Source: an uncultured delta proteobacterium
GTDB lineage: Bacteria > Myxococcota_A > Polyangia > Fen-1088
Reading direction: 5' to 3'
NCBI GenBank assembly: GCA_963796685.1
Contig: CAWCMR010000020.1
Coordinates: forward strand, 1 to 64,000
DNA length: 64,000 nt
Under the pieces are notes generated by a model. It saw only the letters and a list, made by a program, of their open reading frames with translations, was not told the origin of the DNA and did not search any database. The position numbers and the translations under genes were made by a program. Below, in pieces: positions 24,042 to 33,822 of the stretch (its first letter is position 1; every line of letters begins with the position of its first letter).

Positions 24042-24558
24042 ATGAAGAAGATCGTTCTGTGCATGGGAATTCTGGCTGGCGCGTTCGTGGGAAGTGCAAG
24101 GGCAGCGGAGCCGGCGCCTGGCCACGCCATGGCCGGTCACGCGATGGCCGGCCACACCATGGCCACCAAGGCCGAAGGGGGCACCTGCGGCCAAATGATT
24201 TCCGGCATGGCGCCCATCCCGGCCAAGTTGTCGGAGGGCGCGACCTCGGTGGCGGAGATGCTCGAAGCTCACGCCGCACTGCTGGGAAAGGACAAGGACA
24301 GCATGGCGGAAGCCAAGGGGCTGCGGGCCATCGCCAAGACCCACAGGCAAATCGCCGCAAGCATGATGAAGGCCAGCGAGGAGATGAAGAAGGCCGCGAG
24401 CTGGCCGGCTGCACCGCATGACATGGCCAAGATGAGCTCGCGATCCCAAGCTGGCCGAAGCCACCAAGAAGGTCATCGAGGTGCACAAGGAAATCATCGC
24501 CATGTTCCAGAAGATGGTCGCCGACATGGAAGCCCAGCAGAAGGCGATGACGAAGTAG
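24042..24558 (+). CDS. Met/His-rich secreted helical protein (frameshift near 24440)
   Basis: GGAGGAG RBS, signal peptide, GHAMAGHAMAGHTMA. Removing 1 nt near 24440 continues as DPKLAEATKKVIEVHKEIIAMFQKM...TK-stop at 24556-24558. Confidence 0.65.
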
Positions 24559-24722
24559 CCCGCGACCCCTGGCTTCGTCGCCCCCGGTGGTCGCGCCAGT
24601 GGCCATGGCCGACGACGAGGCAGACGAGGCCGAATCCGGGGCGCGGCTCTTGTGCGGGGCGCTGCGCCCGTTCGCCGTGCTTGACGCACGCCAAACCGCG
24701 TGGTCCGATCAGCCCTCCGCCG

Positions 24723-25310
24723 ATGGACAAAGACTATTTCGCCGACGCCTATTCCCCGCCCGGAAGCGATGTCAACGCGGGCGTGTCTGCCGGTGTGCAA
24801 GGCGCGGAGCCCGCCGGGCGTGGCACCAGGCTGACCGCGGTCACCCTCGACGGCCTGCTCATCTCGGTCCCGCTCGTTCCGCTTCTCGCGGTGGGTATCT
24901 ACTTCGGCGTACGCACCCAGTTGGAGGCTGTCCGGGCCGGCACTGGGCAGAAGCTGTCCGAGGCTTCCTTCCTGGGCGCCTCCCAGCTGACCGTGCTGTT
25001 GGGGATCGCCGCCTGCGTCGGCTTTCTCGGCGCGCTGGCCATCGCCATCTACCAGTGGACCTTGATCGCCCGGACTGGGCAGTCGCTGGGGAAAAAATGG
25101 ACCGGCATTCGCATCGAAAGGATCGACGGCGGCCCCGTCACCTTCGGCGTCGGCGTGGTCTTGCGCAACTGGGTGCCCAAGGTGATGGGCGCTTTTCCCT
25201 ACCTCGGGGCTCTATTCAACCTGATCGACTGCCTCTTCATCTTTCGCCAAGACCGACGTTGCCTGCACGATCTCATTGCCGGCACCCGCGTCGTGCGCCA
25301 CCAACGGTAA
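24723..25310 (+). CDS. RDD family protein
   Basis: RL.A..LD, GQSLGKKW.GIRI, DRRCLHDLIAGTRVV. Confidence 0.85.
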   Translation: MDKDYFADAYSPPGSDVNAGVSAGVQGAEPAGRGTRLTAVTLDGLLISVPLVPLLAVGIYFGVRTQLEAVRAGTGQKLSEASFLGASQLTVLLGIAACVGFLGALAIAIYQWTLIARTGQSLGKKWTGIRIERIDGGPVTFGVGVVLRNWVPKVMGAFPYLGALFNLIDCLFIFRQDRRCLHDLIAGTRVVRHQR

Positions 25311-25313
25311 GCC

Positions 25314-26096
25314 GTGCAGCTCGACAACACGGTCGAAGTGGAAACGCCGGAGCACGTGCGCTTCCGTTTTCACGCCGCTGGTCCTACCCGACGCGCGTGG
25401 GCCTATCTTCTCGATCTGTTGGTGCGTGCGGGCATCTTGCTGATCGTCGAGATCGTGCTGGTCGCGACCACGGGGGAACATCTGACCTTCGGCAGAGCCA
25501 TCCTGAGCAGCGGAACGCTGCTGTCGCTGTTCCTCATCGAGTGGGGCTACTTCGTCGCTTTCGAGGCTGGCTGGAACGGCACGACGCCGGGCAAGCGCGC
25601 GCTGAGATTGCGCGTGGTCAAGGTCGGTGGCTATCCACTTTCCTTCATGGACGCGGTCCTGCGCAACCTGCTGCGCACGGCGGATTTTCTTCCCGTGGGC
25701 TATCTGCTGGGCCTCATCGCCATGAGCTGCGATGGCCGCTTCGCCCGCCTGGGCGATCGGGCGGCGGGCACCATGGTGGTAATCGAGGATCCGGTGCACG
25801 TAGCACCCTCGATCACGCTCGAGCCACCGGCGACAGCGCTCGAGAGCGCCGCCTTCCCCCATCGCGTGACCCTGCCCTTGCCCGAGCGTGAGGCCGTGGA
25901 ATTGTTGTTGCGCCGCCGCGATCTGTCGCCGGCCCGGCGAGCCGAGCTGGCCGAGATCCTCGCGCCCATCGTGCAGCGAAGGCTGGGCGTGAAGTCCGAC
26001 AATCCGGTGCGGTTCCTCGCCCTGGTCCATCACTTCGCCGTGGGCGGCGCGGTCCTGCCGGGCGGTCCGATTCCATCGCCGGGGACCAGGTCGTGA
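25314..26096 (+). CDS. RDD family protein
   Basis: ETPEHV, RR.WAYLLD, G.TPGKR.L.LRVV, RNLLR..D, RLGD.AAGT.V. Confidence 0.9.
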   Translation: MQLDNTVEVETPEHVRFRFHAAGPTRRAWAYLLDLLVRAGILLIVEIVLVATTGEHLTFGRAILSSGTLLSLFLIEWGYFVAFEAGWNGTTPGKRALRLRVVKVGGYPLSFMDAVLRNLLRTADFLPVGYLLGLIAMSCDGRFARLGDRAAGTMVVIEDPVHVAPSITLEPPATALESAAFPHRVTLPLPEREAVELLLRRRDLSPARRAELAEILAPIVQRRLGVKSDNPVRFLALVHHFAVGGAVLPGGPIPSPGTRS

Positions 26097-27067
26097 ACCG
26101 GACGCAGGACGAATTCGTGGCCGCTCGCAAACCCGCCTGGGACGAGCTCGACGCCCTGCTGGCCAACAAGCACCTCTTGCACAAGCTGCCGCCCCCGTCG
26201 ATCTCGCGCGCCGCCGGGCTGTACCGAGAGATTTGCTCCGATCTCATGCGTGCGCGCACGGCCGGGTATACGTCGGACGTCATCGACTTGCTCGACTCGC
26301 TGGCCGCGCGCACGAGCTCCGCCATGTACAGCGCGCCACCCTATCGCCTGGCCGGCTTGTGGGAGCTGATTGCGACCGGCTTTCCCTCGAGCGTGCGGCG
26401 CAACGCCCGCTTCGTGGCCCTGGCCGCCGCGCTCTTCATCCTGCCCGGCCTGCTCGGCTTCGTCGGCGCGCTTCGTTCGCGAGGGTTCGCCATCCAGATC
26501 ATGTCCGAATCCATGGTGGAGCAGATGGAGAAGTCCTACAGCGACCTCGGTCACGGTCGCGAGGAGGGCACGAACGGCATGATGGCCAGCTTCTACGTGT
26601 ACAACAACGTCGGCATCGCCTTTCGCTGCTTCGCCACGGGAATCCTGTTCGGCCTGGGCAGCATGTTCTTTCTCGTCTACAACGGGCTCGGCATCGGCGT
26701 GGTGGCCGGAGCCGTGACGGCGGCAGGACACGGGCGGAACCTGTTCACCTTCATGGTCGGGCACGGTGCCTTCGAGCTGACCGCCATCGTGATTTCGGGC
26801 GCGGCCGGGATTTCCATGGGGTACGCCCTCGTCAACGCCGGCCAGCGCTCGCGCTGGGACTCGCTGCGCGCGCAGGCCGGAGATCTCTTTCGCATGATCA
26901 TGGGCGCGGCGCTCATGCTTCTGGTGGCGGCTTTCATCGAAGGCTTCTGGTCGCCGTCGTCCATCCTCCCGCCGGTCAAGTGGGGCGCGGCGGTTCTGCT
27001 GTATGTCTTGGTGCTCGCCTACTTGCTGTTCGCGGGTCGGTCGCCGTCACCCAGGAGCAGGACTTGA
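26093..27067 (+). CDS. SpoIIM-family (stage II sporulation protein M-like) membrane protein
   Basis: LYR....DL..ART, NNVGIAF.CFA.G, HG.FELTAI, AAFIEGF.SP. Confidence 0.9.
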   Translation: MNRTQDEFVAARKPAWDELDALLANKHLLHKLPPPSISRAAGLYREICSDLMRARTAGYTSDVIDLLDSLAARTSSAMYSAPPYRLAGLWELIATGFPSSVRRNARFVALAAALFILPGLLGFVGALRSRGFAIQIMSESMVEQMEKSYSDLGHGREEGTNGMMASFYVYNNVGIAFRCFATGILFGLGSMFFLVYNGLGIGVVAGAVTAAGHGRNLFTFMVGHGAFELTAIVISGAAGISMGYALVNAGQRSRWDSLRAQAGDLFRMIMGAALMLLVAAFIEGFWSPSSILPPVKWGAAVLLYVLVLAYLLFAGRSPSPRSRT

Positions 27068-27864
27068 ATCTGCTCGAAGCCCGGGTCGCGCTGCGGCCGC
27101 GGGCCATGTCCGACGTCATCGATCTGGCCGGTCCTTTTTGCATCGTGAACCGGCGACTGATGCTGCCGCTGGCCTTGCTCGTGACGACCGTGGGTGGCCT
27201 GCTCGGTGGGTTTTGCCGTCTTGAGCTCGGTTGGTCGTGGTCGTCGGTTTGGTGGGGGGTGGCGGGGTATCTCTGGCTGTCGAACGGGGTTTACACACAG
27301 GCCGCGGGCGAGCTGCTCTTCCGTCGCGCCGAGGAGGTCCGCGTGCTCGCCGTGCTCGGCCGGTTCGCGCGCCATTTCTTCACGTACCTGGTTGCCAGGA
27401 TCGTGCACCTGCTCGTCCTCGTGCTGTGCGCGGCAGTCTTGGTGCCCTTGCCCATTTTCGCCGCGCGACTGTTTTTCGTCAGCGAGGCCGTGCTGCTGGA
27501 ATCGGGCTCGGCCTTCGGCAGTCTGGCCCGCAGCAGCCGTCTGGTCCTTTTCCGCAGCCTGTCCTGTCTGGGGCTGGCGCTGGCCAGTCTGTGCGCGCCC
27601 TTCTTGTTCGCCATGGCGGCCGATCTCATCGGCAACGCCGTGGTCGACATGGTGTTCCAGATGGGCGAGCCGGTCGGTTCGCTGTTCTCGGACGGCGGCT
27701 CCGCCTATGCGGTGGCCGGCGCGTTGCTTTCGGCGCCTTTCGTCGCCAGCGCCAGCTTCCTTGGCTACATCGACATGCGCACGCGCAAGGAGGGATGGGA
27801 CATCCAGTTGCGCTTCATGGCTCTGGCCGATGCCGAGGCAAAGAACCGGAGGATTGCTTCGTGA
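27064..27864 (+). CDS. Membrane protein of the RDD/SpoIIM/MoxR operon
   Basis: TTG overlapping the upstream stop; LRPR...D.IDL, TM helices, YIDMRTRKEGWDI. Confidence 0.8.
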   Translation: MNLLEARVALRPRAMSDVIDLAGPFCIVNRRLMLPLALLVTTVGGLLGGFCRLELGWSWSSVWWGVAGYLWLSNGVYTQAAGELLFRRAEEVRVLAVLGRFARHFFTYLVARIVHLLVLVLCAAVLVPLPIFAARLFFVSEAVLLESGSAFGSLARSSRLVLFRSLSCLGLALASLCAPFLFAMAADLIGNAVVDMVFQMGEPVGSLFSDGGSAYAVAGALLSAPFVASASFLGYIDMRTRKEGWDIQLRFMALADAEAKNRRIAS

Positions 27865-29882
27865 ACGGCTTCGTGAAGAGGCACGGCCTCGTCGCGGCCT
27901 GCGTCCTCGTGCTCCTTGGCGGCGCGGCCCCCGCCGCCGGATCCGCGGCCAGCGCGCCGGCCAAGCCCCTGCCCGAACCCGCGCAAGCCGTGCGCGAGAC
28001 CCTCGCCTCCCGGCACTTTCAATTCTGTCACGAGCCGAGCTATCCCCTGACCCGGGCCGAAAAGGCGTGGTGCGATCTCGGCGCGGGAGACAACACGCAG
28101 GCCTGTCCCGAGCTGCGCGAGGCGTGCAAGCACGACGCGCTCGCCAAGCAGATCGACCTGGGGGAGCCCGTGTCCTTTCACCTGCCCGAGCTCGGACTTC
28201 CGGTCCGCCTGCTGCTGTGGATCCTGCTCGGGCTCGGCTTGGCCATGTTGGTGTTCGCGCTGGTCCGCCATTTTCTCGATCACACGCCCAAGGACGAGGA
28301 GGTCCGCACGCAGGCACCGGACGCGGCCGAGGAGGCGCGCGCGGCGTTTGCCCGATTGGTCGAGACCGACGTGCAGCGCCTGCTCGAGCGCGCACGTGCC
28401 GAGGCCACGGCAGGAGATTTTCGTGCCGCCATCGGCGACGCCTACGCCGCGCTGTTGCGGCGCCTCGAGGGCGCGGGCCTGGTTCACATCGAGCCGGACC
28501 AGACCAACGGCGATTACGTGCGCCACGTGAGGCGCGAGCGGCCGGCCATCGCCGGGCGGGTCGCGGAGGTCGTCGATGCCGTGGAATCCGTGCAGTTCGG
28601 CGAGCGGGCCGTTACGCGCGAGGGATTCGACGGGGTCTGGGCCCGCGTGACCGTCCTGCTGGCCGAACGCATGGGCGTGATGCTGGTGTTGGCCGGGTTG
28701 CTCGTGCTCGGCGCCGCTTGCGGACAGCCGCGCGCGGACTGGGAATACTCTCCCTCGGGCCGCGCCGGGGTCATCGACTATCTCGGCAGGCGCGGTTTCG
28801 AGGTGCACGAGCGGTTGCTCTCCATCGCCAAGATCAACGACAAGAGGTCGAGCGACGTCACGTCCGACGGCGACGAGTCCTCCGACCACCGCTGCCACGC
28901 AGGCGCGGCCGAACAGCTCGTCCTCTTGCCCGGCGCCCACCTCGGGCAAGAGGACTGGACGGCGCTGAAGACCTGGGTGCTGGCCGGAGACCACGTCCTC
29001 GTCGTCGCGGGCGGCCGGCACGAGCTCCCGGGTTGGCTCGGCACGCGCATGGTCGAGAAGCAAGCCGAGCGTCCCGAGCTCGTGACCCTCGCAGACGCCG
29101 AGAGCAAACGCTGGGGGACGCTGCGCGTGCGCGTTCCCGAGGCCAACTGCCTCGAAAACCAGCCCGGCACCAGAACCGTGCTGATGCGAAAGCAGAAGCC
29201 CTATGCCGCCGAACGCTGGCTTGGCCGCTCCGAGAGCGACAGCGAAGACGACGAGGGTCAGCGCGTGTTGGTGCTGGCCGACGACTTTCTGTTTCGCAAT
29301 GCCAGTCTGCTGGTGGCCGACAACGCCGCTCTGCTCGACGACCTGCTGCGCGACGGCGGCACCTGCGTCGAGCTGGCGGGCAATCTGACCGGGCTCGTGG
29401 CGTCGAACCCCGTCGAATCCGTGCGGCGCGGACGCTTGGGGCCGGCGCTCCTTCAGCTCGCCGCGCTCTTGTTGCTGTTTTTCGCTTGCAAGGGTGCGCG
29501 CTTCGGTCAGGTCCAGCACACCCAGCGGACGCATCGCCGTGAATTTGCCGAGCACGTGCGCGCCCTGGGCTTGCACTACGCGCGGGCGCGCGGCGAACGC
29601 CTGGCCCTGGGATTCGTGGGGGCCTACGCCAGCGAGCGCCTGCGCGAGCGCTGCGGCCTGCGGGTGGATCGCAGCCTATCGGGGCTGGCCGAGGCCGTGG
29701 CCACGCGCACCGGACGTCCGGTCGGCGAGGTGATGCGCATGCTGCTGGAAGCACGGGACGTGAGCAAGGGCGTGCCTGCGGAAAAGGGCGCGCGCGATTT
29801 GGAAACCGTGAGCGAGCTGTGCAAACTGCTCGAAGAAACAGGAGGAACCAGTGGACACAAGTCTGTTCAAAGCCACGTTTGA
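27861..29882 (+). CDS. DUF4129 + DUF4350 fused membrane/exported protein
   Basis: GTG overlapping the upstream stop. DUF4129-like A..GDFR.AI...Y..LL..L...TNGDY; DUF4350-like SPSGRAG...YL...G, F.NA.L..ADNA; RFG...EHVRALG..Y.RA. Confidence 0.75.
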   Translation: MNGFVKRHGLVAACVLVLLGGAAPAAGSAASAPAKPLPEPAQAVRETLASRHFQFCHEPSYPLTRAEKAWCDLGAGDNTQACPELREACKHDALAKQIDLGEPVSFHLPELGLPVRLLLWILLGLGLAMLVFALVRHFLDHTPKDEEVRTQAPDAAEEARAAFARLVETDVQRLLERARAEATAGDFRAAIGDAYAALLRRLEGAGLVHIEPDQTNGDYVRHVRRERPAIAGRVAEVVDAVESVQFGERAVTREGFDGVWARVTVLLAERMGVMLVLAGLLVLGAACGQPRADWEYSPSGRAGVIDYLGRRGFEVHERLLSIAKINDKRSSDVTSDGDESSDHRCHAGAAEQLVLLPGAHLGQEDWTALKTWVLAGDHVLVVAGGRHELPGWLGTRMVEKQAERPELVTLADAESKRWGTLRVRVPEANCLENQPGTRTVLMRKQKPYAAERWLGRSESDSEDDEGQRVLVLADDFLFRNASLLVADNAALLDDLLRDGGTCVELAGNLTGLVASNPVESVRRGRLGPALLQLAALLLLFFACKGARFGQVQHTQRTHRREFAEHVRALGLHYARARGERLALGFVGAYASERLRERCGLRVDRSLSGLAEAVATRTGRPVGEVMRMLLEARDVSKGVPAEKGARDLETVSELCKLLEETGGTSGHKSVQSHV

Positions 29883-30819
29883 TTCCATTCGCGGCGAGGT
29901 CGAGCGGGCCTTGGTCGGGCAAACCGATGTGGTCGAGCACGCCCTCATCGCCTTGCTGGCGCGTGGTCACGTCCTGCTCGAAGGCGCGCCGGGGCTGGGC
30001 AAGACCCTGCTCGTGCGCGTGCTCGGCCAGGTGTTGGCGTGTGACCACCGCCGCATCCAGTTCACCCCCGATCTCATGCCGTCGGACGTAAGCGGCGGCA
30101 ACGTCTTCAACCAGCAGAAGGGCGCGTTCGAGTTTCTCAAGGGTCCCGTGTTCACGCAGCTCCTGCTGGCCGATGAGATCAACCGCGCCCCGGCCAAGAC
30201 CCAGTCGGCGCTGCTCGAAGCCATGCAGGAGCGACAGGTCACCATCGACGGCGTCACCCGCCCGTTGCCCGAGCCGTTTCTGGTCATGGCCACGCAGAAT
30301 CCCATCGAATCGCAGGGCACTTATCCCTTGCCCGAGGCACAGCTCGATCGCTTCATGTTCAAGCTCAGCGTGCTTGCGCCTTCGCAGGATGTGGAGACCG
30401 CGATCTTGCGCAACCACCTGGCCGGATTCGACGCGCAGGCTCTCGAACGGCTGAATCTGGCCCGCGTGATCACGCCCGCGGGGCTGCTCGATATGCAAAT
30501 CCATGCGCGCCGCTTGCGCGTGGACGAAGGCATCGTGTCGTACATCGCGGACATCGTGTGCCGCACGCGCGGCCATCGCTCGCTCTACTATGGCGCCTCG
30601 CCGCGCGCCTCCATCGCGCTTCTGCACGGCGCCCAGGCGCGAGCGGCCAGCCGCGGGCGCGACTTCGTCATTCCCGACGACGTGAAGGCCCTGGCTCCGG
30701 CGGCGTTGCGCCACCGCGTGGGGCTGCAGCCCGACGCCGAGATCGAGGGCATGTCCACCGACGATTGCGTATCCGAAATCCTGCGCGACGTGCGCGTGCC
30801 CGAGACCATCGCGGCCTGA
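29851..30819 (+). CDS. moxR: MoxR family AAA+ ATPase (second paralog)
   Basis: [54 protein letters not shown]. Confidence 0.95.
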   Translation: MDTSLFKATFDSIRGEVERALVGQTDVVEHALIALLARGHVLLEGAPGLGKTLLVRVLGQVLACDHRRIQFTPDLMPSDVSGGNVFNQQKGAFEFLKGPVFTQLLLADEINRAPAKTQSALLEAMQERQVTIDGVTRPLPEPFLVMATQNPIESQGTYPLPEAQLDRFMFKLSVLAPSQDVETAILRNHLAGFDAQALERLNLARVITPAGLLDMQIHARRLRVDEGIVSYIADIVCRTRGHRSLYYGASPRASIALLHGAQARAASRGRDFVIPDDVKALAPAALRHRVGLQPDAEIEGMSTDDCVSEILRDVRVPETIAA

Positions 30820-30912
30820 ACCCGCACTACTCACCATGATCTTGTCTTTAACGAGCCTTCAGAAGCAACCCCTGGTCAGCCCCTTGGAGACCGGCGGGCT
30901 AGGTCTATTGTC

Positions 30913-31002
30913 ATGGGAACCCTGGGAGGGTTCCCAAACCCTCCCGCGACGCTTCGCTGCCGGCAGAGCCGGCAGGCTCCGCACGCGTCTGTCTGGCCCG
31001 CA
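30913..31002 (+). repeat. REP-like family copy
   Basis: ATGGGAACCCT-GGG-AGGGTTCCCA hairpin followed by a CTGCCGGC-AGA-GCCGGCAG hairpin; matches 13078-13158. Confidence 0.8.
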
Positions 31003-31045
31003 TGACCATCTACTTGGTGCGGGCGGCGAATAGGGCGGGCCATTC

Positions 31046-32368
31046 ATGCCGTTCGTTCCCTCGATGAGGCTCGTGCTGCTCGCGGTGGTGCCGCTGCTTC
31101 TCGGCGCGGTGACCGCGCTCGAGCCGGGCTTCGTGTGGCCGATGCTGCTCGCCGACCTGGGCGTCGTGCTGGCCGCGGCCATCGACGTTTGGCTGGGCCG
31201 GGGCGTGCTCTTTCGCGTCGAGCGCGAGCCGCCGCGTATCTTCTCGGTGGGTCGAATGAACCTGGTGCGACTGCACGTCTATTCGTACGCGCGGCGCGCA
31301 CGGGCCGTGCAGGTCAACGACGACGCGGCCGATGGTCTGGTCGTCGAGGGGCTGCCCAAGACGGTCCAGGTTCCCAGCACCGGACATGCCCTGGTCACCT
31401 ACCATGTGAAGCCGAGCCGTCGTGGACTGTATGAGCTAGGCGATCACCATCTGCGCTGGTCCACGCCGCTTGGCTTGTGGCAGCGCCAGATCCGGGTCGC
31501 CTCGCGCCATTCGGTGCGGGTATATCCCGACGTGCAGGCCGTGCGCACCTACGAAATGTTGGCGCGACAGAGCCTGGAGAACCGCATGGTGCGCACCGTG
31601 CGTATGCGCGGCGGCGAGAACGAGTTCGAAGCCCTGCGCGACTACCAGCGCGACGACGATTACCGCGCCATCGACTGGAAGGCGACGGCGCGCCGGCAGA
31701 AGCTCATCACGCGCGAGTACCAGCAAGAGCGCAACCAATCGGTGCTGTGCATGCTCGACTGCGGTCGCCTCATGACCGCCGAGACGCAAGGGCTGTCGCA
31801 GCTCGACCACGCCCTGAACGCGGTGTTGATGCTGTCGCACGTGGCGACCCGGGCCGGCGATCAAGTGGGGCTGCTCGCCTTCGACGCGCGCATTCGGGCC
31901 TTCTTGCCGCCGCAAGGCGGACGGCGGGCGGCGCAGCGGGTGGTAGCCGCTTCGTACGACATCCACGCGCAAGTCGTCGAGACGGATTTCGAGGCGGCCT
32001 ATGGCTACCTTTCCCAGCGCTTGCGCAAGCGCTCCTTGGTGGTGCTCTTCACCGAGGTCATCGACGAGGTCTCGGCCAAGTCCGTGGTGCGCACGGTGCG
32101 CAGCCTCGGTCCGCGCCACCTTGCCCTGTGCGTGCTCTTTCGCGACGAGACCCTCGACGCCATGGTGGAGCCCCATCGGCCGCAAGGCGAGGTGAAGACC
32201 GCGGATCTGTATCAGCGCGCCGCCGCCGCAGAGGCCATTCTATGGCGCGACCGTCTGGTGCGCGATCTGCAAGAGGCGGGCGCGTTGGTCATGCACGTGT
32301 CTCCGCGCAAGCTGACCCCGACCCTCATCAACCGCTACCTGCACATCAAGGCGCAGCGGCTCTTGTAG
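31046..32368 (+). CDS. DUF58 family protein (long, TM-anchored type)
   Basis: RRG.Y..G, VRVYP, EFEALRDYQ.DDD.R.IDWKATARR.KLI.REYQ.ER.Q, LDCGR.M. Confidence 0.9.
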   Translation: MPFVPSMRLVLLAVVPLLLGAVTALEPGFVWPMLLADLGVVLAAAIDVWLGRGVLFRVEREPPRIFSVGRMNLVRLHVYSYARRARAVQVNDDAADGLVVEGLPKTVQVPSTGHALVTYHVKPSRRGLYELGDHHLRWSTPLGLWQRQIRVASRHSVRVYPDVQAVRTYEMLARQSLENRMVRTVRMRGGENEFEALRDYQRDDDYRAIDWKATARRQKLITREYQQERNQSVLCMLDCGRLMTAETQGLSQLDHALNAVLMLSHVATRAGDQVGLLAFDARIRAFLPPQGGRRAAQRVVAASYDIHAQVVETDFEAAYGYLSQRLRKRSLVVLFTEVIDEVSAKSVVRTVRSLGPRHLALCVLFRDETLDAMVEPHRPQGEVKTADLYQRAAAAEAILWRDRLVRDLQEAGALVMHVSPRKLTPTLINRYLHIKAQRLL

Positions 32369-32375
32369 GAGACGG

Positions 32376-32810
32376 TCAGGCTGCGGGCTTGCCTTCGAGC
32401 AAGGTCTTCAGCGCTTGCAGCACCGAGCGCCAGTTGTCCGCCGAATGATCGGCGCGCTTCTGGGTGTCGACGTTGGATTGCTGGATCGTGATGCGCACTC
32501 CGTCGCGGACCGGATCGAGGTCGTAGCGGACGATCTGGCGTAGCGCCGGCTTGTCTTCGAGACCGCTGAAGCCGCTCCAGTAGTTGAAGGAGAGGCTCTG
32601 CATGGGCTCGAAGGAAAGCACGGTTCCGCGATCTTCGTAGGCCTTGCCCTCCCACTCGCCGCGAAAGAAGAGCGGCGAGCCCACCTTCCAGTCGGTCACG
32701 AGATTGGTGCCGAAGAAGTACTGTTTCACGATCTCGGGTTTGGTGATTGCGTCCCAGACGCTCGAAAGCGGCGCCCGGATTTCCAGCGAGGCTGTCGATG
32801 TGAATGGCAT
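32376..32810 (-). CDS. SRPBCC/AHSA1-like domain protein
   Basis: I.AP...VWDAIT.PE..KQYFFGT...TDWKVGS.....GEW.GK.Y.D.G; NW..VL..LK.LLE. Confidence 0.85.
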   Translation of the reverse strand: MPFTSTASLEIRAPLSSVWDAITKPEIVKQYFFGTNLVTDWKVGSPLFFRGEWEGKAYEDRGTVLSFEPMQSLSFNYWSGFSGLEDKPALRQIVRYDLDPVRDGVRITIQQSNVDTQKRADHSADNWRSVLQALKTLLEGKPAA

Positions 32811-32942
32811 GGGCCAAGCCTGACAGAACCGAAGCCAGGTGTCGAAGAGGTGTCGAAGCCGCGTTGCATAGCCGGCGGTCGGCGAGGATCGGCGAGGACC
32901 GGCCAGGATGGCAGGCCACGGTCGCCGAGCTACACTTCGGCC

Positions 32943-33791
32943 ATGACCGTCGTCTCGCAGTCGCAAGAGGTGCAGGGCGTATCCGTGCCTTCGTTCTTCT
33001 ACGGCACGGCATGGAAGGAACAGCGGACGCGGGCGCTGGCGGCCATGGCGCTGGAAACGGGCTTTCGTGCCATCGACACTGCCAATCAGCGGCGCCACTA
33101 TTTCGAAGCCGGCGTCGGCGACGCGGTCAAGTCCTTCCTCGCGGCCGGCGCGATTCCGCGCGGCGAGCTGTTCTTGCAGACCAAGTTCACCTCCGCGGCA
33201 GGTCAAGATCGCCGGCTGCCCTACGACAGCCATGCACCCGCCCGCGAGCAGGTCGTGCAATCGCTGCACAGCTCGCTCGAACACCTCGGCACCGCCTACT
33301 TGGATGCCTTTCTCCTGCACGGTCCGTCCACCCGTCGCGGTCTGGCGGACGAAGACTGGGAGGTCTGGCGCGCCATGGAGTCGCTCAAGGTCGAGGGAAA
33401 GACCCGCCTCATCGGGGTCAGCAACGTGTCGGTCGAGCAGCTCGCGCTGCTATTCGAGGGGGCGCGGGTCAAGCCCGCGTTCGTGCAGAATCGTTGCTAC
33501 GCCCGTAGCGGTTGGGACCGGGAAGTGCGCGCCTTTGCCAAGGCACATGACATGGTCTACCAGGGCTTCTCGTTGCTCACGGCGAACGCGCGCGAGATGC
33601 AAGGATTGATCATCAAGGGCAGCGCCGCTCGCCACCGGCGAACCGAGGCGCAGATTGTCTTTCGCTTTGCTCTGCAAGTCGGCATGGTTCCCGTCACCGG
33701 GACCTCCGATTGACGCCACATGCAGGAGGATCTCGACGTATTCGCCTTTGCCCTCGACCCCGACGAGGTGGCGGCCATGGAAGCGGTATGA
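32943..33791 (+). CDS. Aldo/keto reductase with in-frame TGA at 33711-33713
   Basis: YGTAWK, GFRAIDTANQ, LFLQTKF, YLD..LLHGP, IGVSN. The frame continues after TGA as RHMQEDLDVFAFALDPDEV to the stop at 33789-33791. Confidence 0.8.
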
Positions 33792-33822
33792 ATTGCCGTC
33801 GGCCACGGCCACGGTTAGCCGT

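Noticed and set aside
24042-25310. 422-aa secreted protein-RDD fusion in the ORF track
   Set aside because: It is produced by a frameshift near 24440; the linker is non-coding-like.
33711-33713. Selenocysteine codon
   Set aside because: It is not at a Cys/redox position and I see no clear SECIS hairpin.
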